This document shows positions 62,186 through 64,000 of a stretch of DNA of 64,000 bases, one piece after another. The stretch is from the NCBI GenBank assembly GCA_013239625.1, contig MU053472.1:1877236-1941235 (forward strand). The letters run 5' to 3'. The stretch comes from Lama guanicoe. Taxonomy: Eukaryota. The notes beneath the pieces were generated by a model. That model was given only the letters and a program-made list of their open reading frames with translations, had not been told where the DNA came from and made no database searches. The first letter of the stretch is position 1. Each line of letters opens with the position of its first letter. The position numbers were made by a program, and so were the translations under genes.

Positions 62186-64000
62186 ATTGTTCCATTCTTT
62201 TCCCTCGTGTACAAGGAAGAAAAAAAGTCTAATCAATATTTTCCTTGGAAAATATTCTAGACAAATATCTGCTTCTGTGGGCCTGGTTCCTACAATCTTT
62301 TCTTGGCTCCAATTCATGTTGACTTTCAGCGAGGACTGCCAAGTCATACCCGAGCTTAGTGAAACGAGCTCGTCTGATAAAGAAATGAGCATCAGGATCT
62401 CACTGCATAAAATCATCATTCTTTTTCTTTTTTTTTTCCATCAAGTGGTATATTTCGCAGTGTTTGGGTGTGCAATGCTGTCTTGGGCTTTGTGTGAAAA
62501 AAGAGCAAATGACCGTGGTCCTTCCCTTTATCCTAAAAAAACTTTCATTATATTTTTGTAATTAGTGCTTGTGAACTTATACCTCCTCTTGCTAACTGAG
62601 CTGGGGAGTAGTTATTAAACCCACCCCCACCCCCCGCAAAAAAGATGAGTCTTTTTCTTGTGAAAACCAGTGTCGCCTTTCATGGATACGTAACTGTTTC
62701 CCTTCCTCATGTCTAACGAATTGCTGTTTAATTATCGTTTTTATAAAGATATGAAATCCATATGAGAGCCTGTGTTGTCAGGGTCAGCGTCTCCAAGGGG
62801 AAAACTTGTCCTCATTTTCATTAAAATGGCTCTATTCTAGGTAGACCCCGTTTGATCATTAACAAGCAATTTGATGCTTTTCATAGGAACACTTTTGCAA
62901 CAACCAAGAGAGCAAATTAGGGATGGTGGTTTGGGATTGAACCTCATTTTTACTCTAGTATTCGGGGCATTAGATATGACATTAAGTGCTAAGGAGAGAA
63001 GCTAAGCGATAGATAAAGGAGACAGATGGCTTTAAAAAGAGACAGGCAGGGACAGAGTGACAGAGAGACCTAAGCCCATTAGTGGACAAAGAAAATGACT
63101 GGTGTGTGAATTTTTAAAGGAGATCTCCTTTCTTGCAGGCTTCTCACAAGGCAAGTCCCTGTGAGCGATGCCATTTAAGGAAAGATATGGGAAAGGAGAA
63201 TTAGTTTCCAGAGGAAAGTGTGAGAAGCACCTTGAGCTTGAATGATTTAACACTGAACTAAGACTGGGTATCTGAGAAGCTGTATCTCAGGCTGGAGAGA
63301 TGAAACAAGAGGCCTAGGACAATTTTCCTGTCTGGCGTCCCCGGGGTTTACCAAGATGACCCTGCCTGTAGATGGTGTTTTCTGAGACTGACATACTTAG
63401 GAAATCTTGTAAAAGACCTAATTGCTCCAATAAGTCTGACTCATAACCCTTTGCACCTTCTGTTGTCGTGGAGTCCACCCCATGCCGTGTTAGAAATTTT
63501 CTGTAACCTAAGCCTATTTAGTCTGTTTTCTCCCATTTTGTAAACACCCTTTTTTCCATAGTTGCAAATGTCTCCACCATTATTTGTTTCGATTTGTAAA
63601 TTGCAGAAAGTCTAGAATAAACAGTGTCCTCACACACGCACATCAGCCATGGCCGGAGATTAACTCTCTCCGGCCAGAGATACATTCAGATGGGGATGCT
63701 CCATGTTGTCTTTATAAAGCCAGAACTCTTAAAGTCAGGTTCTTTTCTTCTTGTCCCCTCTCTGTGAGGATAAGAAAGTTCATTTTTAAATCTCTGCAGT
63801 GGGCTGATAACTTAAAAGATAATCAGAAGTGACGTCAAGACTTTTCTTTCTTCAGAAACTTAAAGGGGGTATTGACTGGTCCCTCAGAAATATTCAGAAC
63901 CCTGAGCAACAGCTGCCATGGTAGGAATTATCTTCGCTGTGGTTGGTGGGTGAGCGAGAGAGTGAATAAATGAATGAATGCCATGTTGCCAAAGCGTATT

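Noticed and set aside
1..64000. Naming the host gene (large-intron candidates considered: VTI1A, RAD51B, FTO, AUTS2, LRMDA, POLA1)
   Set aside because: I found none of their exon sequences as I recall them; short peptide coincidences such as KLPNLK or RGVFMK lack flanking similarity.
1..64000. CRISPR arrays, operons, rRNA, NUMTs, processed pseudogenes, known miRNA hairpins
   Set aside because: The sequence is mammalian nuclear non-coding DNA; I saw no regularly spaced repeats or recognisable sequences of these classes by eye.

Overview
This is mammalian non-coding genomic DNA, most likely camelid (alpaca/camel). The main evidence is four tRNA-Ala(AGC)-derived SINEs of the Vic-1 type. The window also holds the usual eutherian repeat background (old L1M/L1ME, L2, MIR, hAT-Charlie MER5A/MER33, an LTR33-like ERVL solo LTR) and younger artiodactyl-type L1 fragments. 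I recognise no protein-coding exon, and the short six-frame ORFs look like noise or repeat translations. The window is probably deep intronic (tentatively a + strand host gene, not identified) or intergenic, with several repeat-free motif-dense blocks that look like enhancers or conserved non-coding elements. I see no evidence of a new multi-gene system. The best observations are an apparent SINE-mediated 3' transduction inside a MER33 (36.0-36.2 kb), back-to-back splice signals on opposite strands including a recursive-splice-like YAG|GTAAGT (18.5-18.8 kb), a candidate conserved element (9.5-9.9 kb) and a template-switch-like hairpin plus duplication (21.8 kb). Repeat family names come from recalled consensus motifs, not from a search, and repeat boundaries are approximate.
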